From Candidatus Gastranaerophilales bacterium (GTDB lineage: Bacteria > Cyanobacteriota > Vampirovibrionia > Gastranaerophilales > Gastranaerophilaceae): a stretch of 64,000 nucleotides of DNA. Of this stretch, positions 38,647 to 47,653 are shown piece by piece. A model generated the notes under the pieces. That model had not been told where the DNA came from and ran no database searches. It was given only the letters and a program-made list of their open reading frames with translations. Position numbers and translations under genes: made by a program. Location of the stretch: contig CALUWB010000002.1 of NCBI GenBank assembly GCA_944324375.1, positions 175 through 64,174 on the forward strand. The letters are read 5' to 3'. Each line of letters starts with the position of its first letter. Position 1 is the stretch's first letter.

Positions 38647-39261
38647 CTATTCAGCTGTTGCTACATTTACTAATGATGGTCGTAATACTCTATCACCTAG
38701 TTTATAACCTTTTTGTAATTCTGCGATAATTGTATGTTCTGGATACTCACTTGTTGGAGTCTGCATTACGGCTTCATGGAAGTTTGGATCAAACTCTTTT
38801 CCTTCACATTCAATTACTTCTAAACCTACTTTTGATAATGCATCATTTAACTGTTTATGTACAAGATTGAAACTTTCTTTTACTTTTTCACAATCTTCTA
38901 CATCAGCAATAGCTTTTTCACCCCTATCAAAATTATCTAATACTTCAATTAATTTCTTTAAAGTATCTTCTGCTCCATATTTTAACAAACTTTCTCTTTC
39001 TTGAGCCTGTCTTTTTCTGTAATTATCAAAGTCTGCTGCTAATCTAATATATTGATTATTTAACTTTTCATAATCAGATTTTAATTTGTCTAATTCTGAT
39101 AATTCTGATGTATTATCTTCTTTTTCTGTTGACTCATCATTATCTGAATTTTCATCAACAATTACTTCTGCATCAGGATTTACTTCTGCTTTATTATCTT
39201 CTTTTATATTATTTTCTTTATTTTCTGACTCTTCTGTTTCACCCTTAAATGGATTTGTCAT
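38647..39261 (-). CDS. grpE: Nucleotide exchange factor GrpE
   Basis: 204-aa ORF. It has an acidic N-terminus, the RLAADFDNYRKR signature and C-terminal FDPNFHEAV...GYKLGDRVLRPSLV. Confidence 0.95.
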   Translation of the reverse strand: MTNPFKGETEESENKENNIKEDNKAEVNPDAEVIVDENSDNDESTEKEDNTSELSELDKLKSDYEKLNNQYIRLAADFDNYRKRQAQERESLLKYGAEDTLKKLIEVLDNFDRGEKAIADVEDCEKVKESFNLVHKQLNDALSKVGLEVIECEGKEFDPNFHEAVMQTPTSEYPEHTIIAELQKGYKLGDRVLRPSLVNVATAE

Positions 39262-39281
39262 AGTTAAACTCCCCTTACAGT

Positions 39282-39310
39282 ATCGTACAATTTTAATTAT
39301 AATTTATCAA
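39282..39310 (-). promoter_or_regulatory. Sigma-70-type promoter for grpE-dnaJ
   Basis: On the minus strand: TTGATA (39310-39305), 17 nt of spacer, then TACGAT (39287-39282). AAGGGGAG is the RBS before the grpE ATG. Confidence 0.45.
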
Positions 39311-39330
39311 GTTGCATATACAAGGAAACT

Positions 39331-40479
39331 TTATTTTTTTTTAACATTTATAACCCATTCAGCTATATTATGTTTAAGTCTTGTGAGATTATTTGAATTT
39401 GTCACCAATTCGTAGTTATAATAACAAAAAATGCCTGCTGTAAAAAATATAACTAAAAATATTATTGCAAAAAACCTAAAAGCCTTTAATACCTCATACA
39501 TTGGCAATCTATCATCTTGTATAATTGTTTCTGAAGGTTTCAACAAAGTATCCATAACTTCTGCAGTTGTTTTATCATGAATACTTGAAATGTTATTCTC
39601 TTCATTTAATGGTAAATTAAATAATCTTTCTAAATTTGCACGTGCACATTCTAATTTAAATTCATTTGCAGTTCCTTGATTTTCGTTTTCGCCTGTTCGC
39701 AATATTTCATTCTTTGACTGTATAAATGCATCTGCTAATTTTGAAATATTATCAACTTCTATTTTTAACTCTTTCTGTATATTTTCTTCATTCAATACTA
39801 TTTCTGAAAATACTTCTTCGGATTTTTCAAATTTTATCATTTCTTCTCGTAAATATTTAGAATTTGATAATAATTTAAAAAATTCAATTTTATCTTCTAT
39901 TAAACCATCATAATATCTGATAATATCTAAACGATATTTCTTTAATTCTTCAATATTTTCATCTTTTTTATTAATATTAAAATTTATTTCTTCTAATGGT
40001 TTTAAACTATCTATATCAATATAATAATTTTCGTTATCAGAATTTTCTTCATCTAAATCAGAAGGATTTAAAAATCCTAATAATTTCGCACAATTATCTT
40101 CAAACCTTACAAACATTAATAAATCACCTAATAAACCATATCTTTTATGTTTCTTAGGGACAAATAATTTATAATCTAAAAAATTATTCCTTACAGAAAT
40201 TCGACAATTACCAACAAAAATTTCAGCTATATCCCACTTTAAAGCTATTGATGAAATCTCTTGTAAGGATATTGATGTATTGCATTGTAAACCATAATTT
40301 TCTAATATTTTTATACCTAGTAAAACACTCAAATTGTTGGCAATCATTCGACTTCTTATACTTGAATTATTAACAAAAGAGCATTTCTCGCAAGCAAAAT
40401 ATTTATCTTGTTCAGTTATTGGAACAACATCTTTTGCTTGCTCGTCACAATTAATCTGTTCTAATATATCATCTTCCAT
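39331..40479 (-). CDS. Hypothetical protein, possibly DUF1822-like, with a C-terminal TM helix
   Basis: 382-aa ORF. NNLSVLLGIKILENYGL...KWDIAEIFVGNCRISVR...VPKKHKRYGLLGDLLMFVRFEDNCAKLLGFL resembles the DUF1822 pattern (..LNTLAV..YL...DVADL...G.LECRPV...IP...R.GYV.V.....A.LLGF). The match is made from memory and is tentative. Confidence 0.45.
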   Translation of the reverse strand: MEDDILEQINCDEQAKDVVPITEQDKYFACEKCSFVNNSSIRSRMIANNLSVLLGIKILENYGLQCNTSISLQEISSIALKWDIAEIFVGNCRISVRNNFLDYKLFVPKKHKRYGLLGDLLMFVRFEDNCAKLLGFLNPSDLDEENSDNENYYIDIDSLKPLEEINFNINKKDENIEELKKYRLDIIRYYDGLIEDKIEFFKLLSNSKYLREEMIKFEKSEEVFSEIVLNEENIQKELKIEVDNISKLADAFIQSKNEILRTGENENQGTANEFKLECARANLERLFNLPLNEENNISSIHDKTTAEVMDTLLKPSETIIQDDRLPMYEVLKAFRFFAIIFLVIFFTAGIFCYYNYELVTNSNNLTRLKHNIAEWVINVKKK

Positions 40480-40580
40480 AAAAGTATATTCGCATATAGA
40501 AAATATTTATTCCACATATTTTTATATGAAATATTGTTTTGTAAACAAAACTTAACAATTACCCCAAAATAAGCAAAAAA

Positions 40581-40608
40581 CATGAGTTTCAGGTTTTTAT
40601 ATACATGT
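40581..40608 (+). promoter_or_regulatory. Conserved upstream block CATGA-GTTTCAGG-N3-TTATATACATGT
   Basis: It shares CATG, GTTTCAGG and TTATATACATGT with 32446-32475 and 33313-33342. It ends 31 nt before the ATG at 40639. Confidence 0.3.
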
Positions 40609-40638
40609 GTAGTGAATAAATAACCCTTGGAGGTGTGT

Positions 40639-41058
40639 ATGTTAAACAACGTTTCATTTAGAGCAGGTGCATTAGATTCAGCAAAAGATATTATGAATCA
40701 ACCTCAAAAATATGCAAAACAACCAAATGCTCAAGGTCCTCAAGCAGGCCCAGAAGTTGATGCTTTTGTAAAACCAAAGAAAAAACATACAGTTAGAAAT
40801 GCTATTATTGGAACATTAGTAGCAGCAGCTGCAATTGCAGGTGGTTTATTAGCTGGCCATAAAACAGGTTACTTCACCAAATTAATTGACAAAGCTGGTG
40901 CTGCTGATGCAGGAAAAGTAGCTAAATTTATGGGTACTGCTGCTGAAAAATTAAATGGCGTAGGCGAATGGTTAGCAAAACAAGGTTCAAATGCTTGGAA
41001 AGCTGTTACAGGTATGTTCAAAAAAGGTGCTGAAGGTGCTGGAGAAGTTTCAGCATAA
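40639..41058 (+). CDS. Hypothetical Ala/Gly/Lys-rich protein with one TM helix (N-terminal MLNNVSFRAG tag)
   Basis: The ORF-track frame opens at TTG 40627, which lies inside the GGAGG RBS, so ATG 40639 is preferred. The TM segment is AIIGTLVAAAAIAGGLLAG. Confidence 0.75.
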   Translation: MLNNVSFRAGALDSAKDIMNQPQKYAKQPNAQGPQAGPEVDAFVKPKKKHTVRNAIIGTLVAAAAIAGGLLAGHKTGYFTKLIDKAGAADAGKVAKFMGTAAEKLNGVGEWLAKQGSNAWKAVTGMFKKGAEGAGEVSA

Positions 41059-41091
41059 AATTTTAAGCATAACGCATCAACAAGGTTTTAG

Positions 41092-41124
41092 AATGGCGAC
41101 ACAATATTGTGTCGCCATTTTTAA
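41092..41124 (+). terminator. Rho-independent terminator
   Basis: aatggcgacac (41092-41102) pairs with gtgtcgccatt (41109-41119). The loop is aatatt and a T-run follows. Confidence 0.85.
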
Positions 41125-41220
41125 TATTAATTACATCGTAAATATTTGTAAAATCACATAGCAAATTATATTTTGACAAGGTTTAAAATAAAGGTAGACC
41201 AACAATGAAAGGATATATGT

Positions 41221-41700
41221 ATGAATTTAGGAATTACCCCAGCAAATCAAAATATTAATTGCAAACGCAATAATAGCCCTCAATTTGGAATGGCTATTAA
41301 ATTAGATAAATCAGCTCATTCAATTATAAAGAAACAAGCTGTAGCACTAAGTGAAAAAAGCCGTAATAACTTTTTGACAAAATTAAAAGAAAAAGTAGAA
41401 AGACAAGAATACAACCCTGTTAATATCTTAATTCGTAAAGCAAAACATAGAAACGCATTAGCTGCTGAAATTGTAGATTCAGAAATTGGCAAGTCAATGG
41501 GAGGTGTTAAAAACCAAGTAACTTCTCAACCTTTAATTGGTAAAAATGGAAACCTAAAGTTCTTAGATAAAGCTGAAAAGAAAGCTGATAAATTAAATGA
41601 TACAAACAAAAAAATTAAAACTCTTATTGACGAAATCCCTGCAGCTGAAGCTAAAGATTATGGGAAACGTGGGGGTTCTATTACTGAGGTAGAAGCCTAA
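41221..41700 (+). CDS. Hypothetical Lys-rich protein
   Basis: 159-aa ORF with AAAGGA 8 nt upstream. Its 5' context (GAAAGGATAT..ATGAAT) resembles that of gene 44738-45133. No family recognised. Confidence 0.7.
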   Translation: MNLGITPANQNINCKRNNSPQFGMAIKLDKSAHSIIKKQAVALSEKSRNNFLTKLKEKVERQEYNPVNILIRKAKHRNALAAEIVDSEIGKSMGGVKNQVTSQPLIGKNGNLKFLDKAEKKADKLNDTNKKIKTLIDEIPAAEAKDYGKRGGSITEVEA

Positions 41701-41715
41701 TAAAACCATTTATAA

Positions 41716-41757
41716 TAAAAAAATAGTTCCTATAAATTATAGGAACTATTTTTTTAG
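41716..41757. terminator. Bidirectional rho-independent terminator
   Basis: A perfect 11-bp hairpin (tagttcctata at 41724-41734 pairing with tataggaacta at 41738-41748) is flanked by an A-run and a T-run. It lies between the convergent genes 41221-41700 and thiL. Confidence 0.85.
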
Positions 41758-42674
41758 CTAAAATGATTAAAACATTTATCAATATCATTTATTTTTTCAA
41801 TTTTATCATCATAATTTAATTTTATTACACAATCTTCTTTTGGTATCACTTCACCTATTATTGTATAATCCTTCAACTTCGGAAGCAATTCAACAGGTAC
41901 AGTTGCAACTAGTTGATAATCTTCACCTCCATAGAAAATTAAATCTTTATAATCTTCAAAATATTCTTTTATTTTAGGATCATATAATATTCTTTCAAAA
42001 TCAACCGACATAGTACAATTACTTGCTTCACCTATTTTATATAATGCATCAATAAGACCATCAGATGTATCCATCATCGCATAATCTTCTTCTATTTGTT
42101 CTGCAATCTGTTTTGAAAAATCTAACTGAGCTGTTGGCATCAAATGAGCTTTTATCAAATCTTTATCAGGTTCTAAATCATCCATTAATATTCTAAGTCC
42201 TGCTGCACTTGAGCCATGTACTCCACTTGTTATAATCTTGTGACCAATTTTTGCATTACTTCTTGATGATATTTTTCTTCCTGCAGTTTTTCCTATTACA
42301 CATATTGAGATAAATAATTTATCTGCTCCTGTAATATCACCACCAACAATTTCTATACCTAAATCTTTCAATGCAAATTTACATCCTTCATAATAATCAT
42401 TTATATCTTCTTCTGAAACATCTTTTGGAATTGAAAGAGATATTGTTATATAGCAAGGTTTTGCACCTGAAGCTGCAATATCACTTAAATTTGCCATTAT
42501 AGATTTATAACCAGTTTGATATGGAGTCATTAATTTTTTATTAAAATGAATACCTTCCACCAAACTATCTTGACTTATTACAATTTCTAAATCTTTTAAA
42601 AAAGCACAATCATCGCCAATATATTTAGAATTTAAAATATTTTTTATATTATTAATTAACTTTATTTCATTCAT
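41754..42674 (-). CDS. thiL: Thiamine-monophosphate kinase
   Basis: 306-aa ORF. GDDCAFL...SQDSLVEGIHF and GGDIT motifs match the AIR-synthase-related ThiL fold. Confidence 0.9.
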   Translation of the reverse strand: MNEIKLINNIKNILNSKYIGDDCAFLKDLEIVISQDSLVEGIHFNKKLMTPYQTGYKSIMANLSDIAASGAKPCYITISLSIPKDVSEEDINDYYEGCKFALKDLGIEIVGGDITGADKLFISICVIGKTAGRKISSRSNAKIGHKIITSGVHGSSAAGLRILMDDLEPDKDLIKAHLMPTAQLDFSKQIAEQIEEDYAMMDTSDGLIDALYKIGEASNCTMSVDFERILYDPKIKEYFEDYKDLIFYGGEDYQLVATVPVELLPKLKDYTIIGEVIPKEDCVIKLNYDDKIEKINDIDKCFNHFS

Positions 42675-42937
42675 AAACGAATTCTAACAGAAAAAATATA
42701 CTTAGTCGACATGGATAATAATAAAAATTAAAAAAATTAATATTTTTACTCATTAATATTAAATATTTCCATAAATAATAGGATTATGGAAATAATAAAT
42801 TTTTTCAAAACACTAAATAAAAAAATAGATTCTATTGATAAAATGGCACCGAAAACAAATCCGTTTACGATGCCAAATTATATAACACTTGTTTGGGTTG
42901 ATGAAGAATGCCCTATTAAACAAAAATTTGAGAATGA

Positions 42938-43612
42938 TTAGTTAACAGGAACATCTATAGGTTGAGTTAGTTTTGTTTTAAAAACTGTTCCCTTTGTAAA
43001 AGATACATCTTCACCTCTTCTAAATAAATCAATAATACTATCACCTATAAGATAGCACCCACCACCTATTGCACCACCTATTGCGCAAACAGGACAAGTT
43101 ACATATTGAATACCTGGAGCTGATTCTCCTGCCTTTAAACCGTAATTTGTTGATACTTTTGTAATATCAACACATTTATCCCAATTTTGTTGCACTGCTT
43201 CGCCATAACCCTTTTGATTATAAATCCCTCCATCATATGTCATTTTAGGAATACCTATAAAGCCTAAACTCAAAGGAATCTGTCTTCCTGTTGGAGTTAC
43301 TATATGATCAAAATCAATATATAAAACTGCTCCTCTTGAGCAAATTTTTGCTGTTTTAATTCTTGAAATACTACCTCTTACGATAGAACCAGCTGGTAAA
43401 ACTACATTATTTTGATATTTTTGATCATTTAATAAAACAAAATTACAAGCATCACCTTCTTGATTTGCCATTGTATCAACAGTTTGCATCAACTGCAAAT
43501 CAAAAGCTGTGCCTGCTGGAATCCTAGCTGTTCTTGCATCACCTATATAAGGGGCAGCAAAAGACATATTCATAAATGCAAATAAACTCAAAATAATTAA
43601 TAATGCTCTCAT
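42938..43612 (-). CDS. Exported protein with a C-terminal glycine-zipper segment, unknown function
   Basis: The ORF-track frame opens at TTG 43666. ATG 43612 (MRALLIILSLFAFMNMSFA, a signal peptide) is preferred because AAGAGG lies 7 nt upstream. IPAGTAFDLQL and LPAGSIVRGSI strands are present, along with CAIGGAIGGGCYLIG. Confidence 0.7.
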   Translation of the reverse strand: MRALLIILSLFAFMNMSFAAPYIGDARTARIPAGTAFDLQLMQTVDTMANQEGDACNFVLLNDQKYQNNVVLPAGSIVRGSISRIKTAKICSRGAVLYIDFDHIVTPTGRQIPLSLGFIGIPKMTYDGGIYNQKGYGEAVQQNWDKCVDITKVSTNYGLKAGESAPGIQYVTCPVCAIGGAIGGGCYLIGDSIIDLFRRGEDVSFTKGTVFKTKLTQPIDVPVN

Positions 43613-43655
43613 ATAATAACCTCTTTTCTTATTTTTGATTATTATAGCATAAAAC

Positions 43656-44735
43656 TTAACATTCAATAATATTTACTCCCATAGATTGCTTAGGAAGTTG
43701 GGCTTTTGCTTCTTCTGTACATATTCGAAGATTTTCACATAAAACTCCACCTACATATTGAGGTAAATCTTTTCCGATAATTGGGATGGATTGTTCCGTA
43801 ATTATAGCATTTTCTTTATCTCCAAAAAATTTCTTATAATTTTCTTGAGCAAATTGAGAAGAAACATTCCCTTTATTTACATTTAAAACATCTCCTTGTT
43901 TTTTAAATATAAGTGTTTTACCTATATATATACTATCTCCTGTAGATTTTAATTTCTTATTATATGCAAAACCTATAGGAGTAACATTAACCTCTGGAAG
44001 CCTATCTGCTAACTTTGTAACCATTTCTGATACACCTAATTGAAACTTTTCTTTTAATGGTTTTTTTTTATGTACTGCGTTTTTACCTTCAGGAAATATA
44101 AAAATATTTACCTCTCCTTGTAAAAATTCTCGCATTAATTTAAAAAATTGTTTTGTGTTTCCTCGTTTATCTGTTGAATATAAACTTGCATCGATAGGAA
44201 CAGCTCCTAATTTCTCAAATATTTGCCTATTCTTTTTATTCATAGATAACAAAATATCTTCATTTAATATTATTCTAGGACGTGGACAAGTTTTTGATTG
44301 ACCTGTTCTTACATACTCGTCATTCAAAAGAGTATTAAAAAATGCCATCATTTTAGGATCTTGACTTTGATTATCATGATTCATTATAAATATATGAGGC
44401 TTACCATTTGATGCAATTTCTTGAATTCTAGCACTCTCTAAATTTATTTCTATTTCTTTTTTAGTTGACAGAAGTCGACTTACTTTACTCAATGCTTTAA
44501 TATATTCAGGAGATTTTGAATCGGAATTTATTAATTCTGTAAATGTTTCATTATTTTGTTTTTTACCAAAAAAGTCAAAAAATTTATTTATAATTTTACG
44601 CCCTGCAAATTCAACGCTTTGCATTGATTTTTCAGTATAATAAGCCGACTTCATAGGTAAATTACCTTTAAACTTCGGCTTATTAGATATATATTGATTA
44701 TTATAATTAAATTGAATCGGAGTAAATGTATTCAT
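43656..44735 (-). CDS. Acyltransferase of the PlsC/LPLAT superfamily (tentative)
   Basis: 359-aa ORF. It has IFIMNHDNQSQD (non-canonical spacing relative to HX4D), GAVPIDAS and IFIFPEGKN, which resemble LPLAT motifs I-III. Confidence 0.5.
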   Translation of the reverse strand: MNTFTPIQFNYNNQYISNKPKFKGNLPMKSAYYTEKSMQSVEFAGRKIINKFFDFFGKKQNNETFTELINSDSKSPEYIKALSKVSRLLSTKKEIEINLESARIQEIASNGKPHIFIMNHDNQSQDPKMMAFFNTLLNDEYVRTGQSKTCPRPRIILNEDILLSMNKKNRQIFEKLGAVPIDASLYSTDKRGNTKQFFKLMREFLQGEVNIFIFPEGKNAVHKKKPLKEKFQLGVSEMVTKLADRLPEVNVTPIGFAYNKKLKSTGDSIYIGKTLIFKKQGDVLNVNKGNVSSQFAQENYKKFFGDKENAIITEQSIPIIGKDLPQYVGGVLCENLRICTEEAKAQLPKQSMGVNIIEC

Positions 44736-44737
44736 AA

Positions 44738-45133
44738 TTAACTTGGATCTTTTACTTTAACATTAACTTTTCCTAAACTATGGAAAAAATTACCTATAGC
44801 ACTAAATATTGAACCCATTGTACTTGGATGAGCTTCAGCAGAAGCTACTGTAGCAGGAGTCACATGAGGAGATGCTGCTTCTATTACTGAAGGAACTATA
44901 CCAAAAGAATCAACTCCAGATGCTTTTGCAGAAAATGCTGATCCTACAACATTAGCAGCAGAACCTAAAGAATGAGAAACAGTTGTACCGACAGTTCCGG
45001 CAGCTGTACTACCAATAGTTGATGTTCCTGATGATAATGCACACATTCCTTCTGCTATAGTCTTGGAATCATTTTTAACATTTGTAATCCGAACTCTTGC
45101 CTTGAAGGAAAAATTATTATTTATACTATTCAT
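44738..45133 (-). CDS. Hypothetical Ala/Ser/Gly/Thr-rich protein (N-terminal MNSINNNFSFKA tag)
   Basis: The ORF-track frame opens at GTG 45151. ATG 45133 is preferred because AAGGA lies 9 nt upstream. The sequence is low-complexity. The next gene starts 3 nt after its stop. Confidence 0.65.
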   Translation of the reverse strand: MNSINNNFSFKARVRITNVKNDSKTIAEGMCALSSGTSTIGSTAAGTVGTTVSHSLGSAANVVGSAFSAKASGVDSFGIVPSVIEAASPHVTPATVASAEAHPSTMGSIFSAIGNFFHSLGKVNVKVKDPS

Positions 45134-45189
45134 ATCCCTATATCCTTTCACACATAAGTAAATAATACATGTAAAAAAATAATTTGCTA

Positions 45190-45750
45190 TTATATTATAA
45201 CTTTTATTGCAAGAGCGATTAAAATGAGCCCTCCAACAATATCAAGACAATTAGGATTAAATTGTCTAAATATTCTACCTGAATAAAAACCTATTAATGA
45301 ATTTATAAAAGTCACTACACCTATTAAAATTACAGGAAATATTATACATTTTAAATTTAAACATAATGTAATTCCTGCAGAAAATGCATCAATACTTGTC
45401 GCAATAGCAATTAAAAATAATGTTGTATACGTCAATACTGATTTATTTTCATTTGATTCTGATGCTTTATTTTTATCCAATGCTTCTTTTATAAAATTTA
45501 TTCCTAAATACATAAATATCGCAAATACAATCCATTTTGAAAAAGGTTCTATATAAACCCTTACAAAATTAGTAAAAATCCCACCTAAATATGGCATCAA
45601 AGATTGAAAAACTCCTGTAAATAAAGCCAAAAGAAGTGATGATTTTAAAATACTTTTTGTTAACTTTGTTCCATAAGAAAATGAAACAACACAAGCATCA
45701 ATTGATAAAGCTATAGCCAACAAAATTATATCAAACAGACTCATCCACAA
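45190..45750 (-). CDS. mntP: Manganese efflux pump MntP
   Basis: 186-aa ORF. It has two repeats of the DUF204 signature (LAIALSIDACVVSFSYG and IAIATSIDAFSAGITL). Confidence 0.85.
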   Translation of the reverse strand: MWMSLFDIILLAIALSIDACVVSFSYGTKLTKSILKSSLLLALFTGVFQSLMPYLGGIFTNFVRVYIEPFSKWIVFAIFMYLGINFIKEALDKNKASESNENKSVLTYTTLFLIAIATSIDAFSAGITLCLNLKCIIFPVILIGVVTFINSLIGFYSGRIFRQFNPNCLDIVGGLILIALAIKVII

Positions 45751-47074
45751 CCTCTACTTCAAACAATCTATCCCAGGGGTAAGTATAATTATTTTTAATT
45801 TCAATATCTAAAACTTTACTTATTTTATCTTCAAATTGCTTCATATAATTTTTTATATCTTGAGGTTTATCTATCATTTGTCTTACATTTGCTTGATATG
45901 CCCAATCATCTAAAAATCTTATCATCTGAACTTTTTTAAATGCTTTATCATCATACTCTTTTGCTTTAAATTTTATTTTTGCAGCACAAATCAATGTTCC
46001 TAAACTATTAGCCGAAGTATTCCAACCACTATAACCATAAAAATTATCTAAATTTATTTGTGGCAATATTTTTTCTACAAAATTATTATCAGCACCATTA
46101 GCATTTCTTACATCTGCTATCATATAAGGAGTATCAGGCAATTTTATATCACCTGAAAATAATTCTGTAGGTCTTTTCATTACAATTTCGCCCTGATGGT
46201 CTTTAAAATTATTCACTATCAAAGTAATATCTGCATCTTCTTTAACTTCTATTCCAGCTAAATTTAATTGATTTAATACTGAGTTTTCTATTGATACATC
46301 TTCATAATTTGAAATCAAACCCTTTGAATCTTCTTCTATAAATATTGGGTTAACTGAAAATTTCTTTTCAATTGCTCTTGATAATAAACTTATAGGGATT
46401 TCATCAGCTCCTGTTATTACTTTCCCACCCAATTTTTCTAACTCTTTTGCTTCTTTTACATTGAAGCCATATTCGGCACAATCATCTTTTGAAAAAATTA
46501 GTTCATCAAAATATCCCAATTTTTGCCATTCAAGATACATTTTATTAATATTAAAGTTTCTCTGACGAGTCATTAAATAATCATTCAATATACTTTTAGG
46601 AATAAGATTCTGTATTGGACTTCCTAAATTTCCTAAACTACATTTATGGGTATTATATGAATATTCAAAAATTCTAGTCCCATAATCTTTCCAATACTCC
46701 TTTTCTTCTTCGTTATAGTTGTTATTAGAAATTCTCATAATACTAGAAAATGCTAAAACTTTAGCTTTTCTTTTTACCAATTCTGAACGAAATTTTAAAA
46801 CTCGCTCTTTTATTTCTTTTTCCGAATAATTTGCTCGTCTTGATGGAATCAAGCCTCCATAAGCAATTGTATCAAGTGATAAAATAACTTTATCAACTTG
46901 AGGTAATTCTTTAAACCATTCATAAATTTTATCCACATCAGCATATTTAGTTAAAGAACCTAAATACTCACGAGGAGGAATTAATAATTCAATATCTTTA
47001 TCAATCTTAGCAATATCAATTGCTAAATTATAACAAACAGGTCTATTATCTATCGGAATAAAACATATTTTCAT
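45731..47074 (-). CDS. DUF4127-family protein (tentative)
   Basis: 447-aa ORF. The N-terminal MKICFIPIDNRPVCYN resembles the characteristic DUF4127 start (..YVPLDERPCN); this is recalled from memory. It overlaps mntP by 20 nt. Confidence 0.55.
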   Translation of the reverse strand: MKICFIPIDNRPVCYNLAIDIAKIDKDIELLIPPREYLGSLTKYADVDKIYEWFKELPQVDKVILSLDTIAYGGLIPSRRANYSEKEIKERVLKFRSELVKRKAKVLAFSSIMRISNNNYNEEEKEYWKDYGTRIFEYSYNTHKCSLGNLGSPIQNLIPKSILNDYLMTRQRNFNINKMYLEWQKLGYFDELIFSKDDCAEYGFNVKEAKELEKLGGKVITGADEIPISLLSRAIEKKFSVNPIFIEEDSKGLISNYEDVSIENSVLNQLNLAGIEVKEDADITLIVNNFKDHQGEIVMKRPTELFSGDIKLPDTPYMIADVRNANGADNNFVEKILPQINLDNFYGYSGWNTSANSLGTLICAAKIKFKAKEYDDKAFKKVQMIRFLDDWAYQANVRQMIDKPQDIKNYMKQFEDKISKVLDIEIKNNYTYPWDRLFEVEVVDESV

Positions 47075-47119
47075 AAATTAATTATATAAAAAATATTAAC
47101 ATTTGTAAAAATTAAACTA

Positions 47120-47644
47120 TTAATACCCAATAGACCAAGAAAATGGACGTTCTGTCTCAAACTGAACAGGTTTTGCCTGAGTTGTGACAACTTCCGGAGC
47201 TTCTATCACTTTATCCGGTTTTTGCAATAAATTATTTTTTTGCATTGTCATATCTACATTACTGAATGATTTTAACCTATCTAGCTGATTCTGCAAATCT
47301 GCATTCTCATCATTCAACATTATTGTCTGGCGACTATATTCATTCAATTTGATTTCACTAGACACAACAAAATAATAACTTATAATCGATACGAATATAA
47401 GACAAAGTAAAAGTCCACATAATGTTTTATTTACTTTTTTTATTGCCATTGCCCTAACTAAATTTTCCTTCGGGAAATATCCGTCAATTACTTCTGATCT
47501 ATTCCCATTAATATTAATATAACCTAATTCTCCATTAGATTGAATACTTCCATTGGTTGATTGCTGAATTGGGTTTGTTAATACATTAGAATAATTAACA
47601 TCATACCCACTAACCATTGATTTGTTTGTATAGTTTCTTACCAA
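47120..47644 (-). CDS. Bitopic membrane protein, possible FtsL-like division protein
   Basis: 174-aa ORF directly downstream of rsmH. It has a single TM helix (LCGLLLCLIFVSIISYYFVV) followed by a short coiled coil (LNDENADLQNQLDRLKS). The assignment rests on position and architecture only. Confidence 0.4.
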   Translation of the reverse strand: MVRNYTNKSMVSGYDVNYSNVLTNPIQQSTNGSIQSNGELGYININGNRSEVIDGYFPKENLVRAMAIKKVNKTLCGLLLCLIFVSIISYYFVVSSEIKLNEYSRQTIMLNDENADLQNQLDRLKSFSNVDMTMQKNNLLQKPDKVIEAPEVVTTQAKPVQFETERPFSWSIGY

Positions 47645-47653
47645 AGTCCTACC

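Noticed and set aside
42786-42941. 51-aa plus-strand ORF (MEIINFFKTLNKKIDSIDKMAPKTNPFTMPNYITLVWVDEECPIKQKFEND) in the 263-bp gap between thiL and the glycine-zipper gene.
   Set aside because: The only purine-rich stretch (AGGA) lies 2 nt from the ATG, which is too close for an SD. No family was recognised and the ORF overlaps the convergent gene's stop. It is left unannotated but is worth a ribosome-profiling look.
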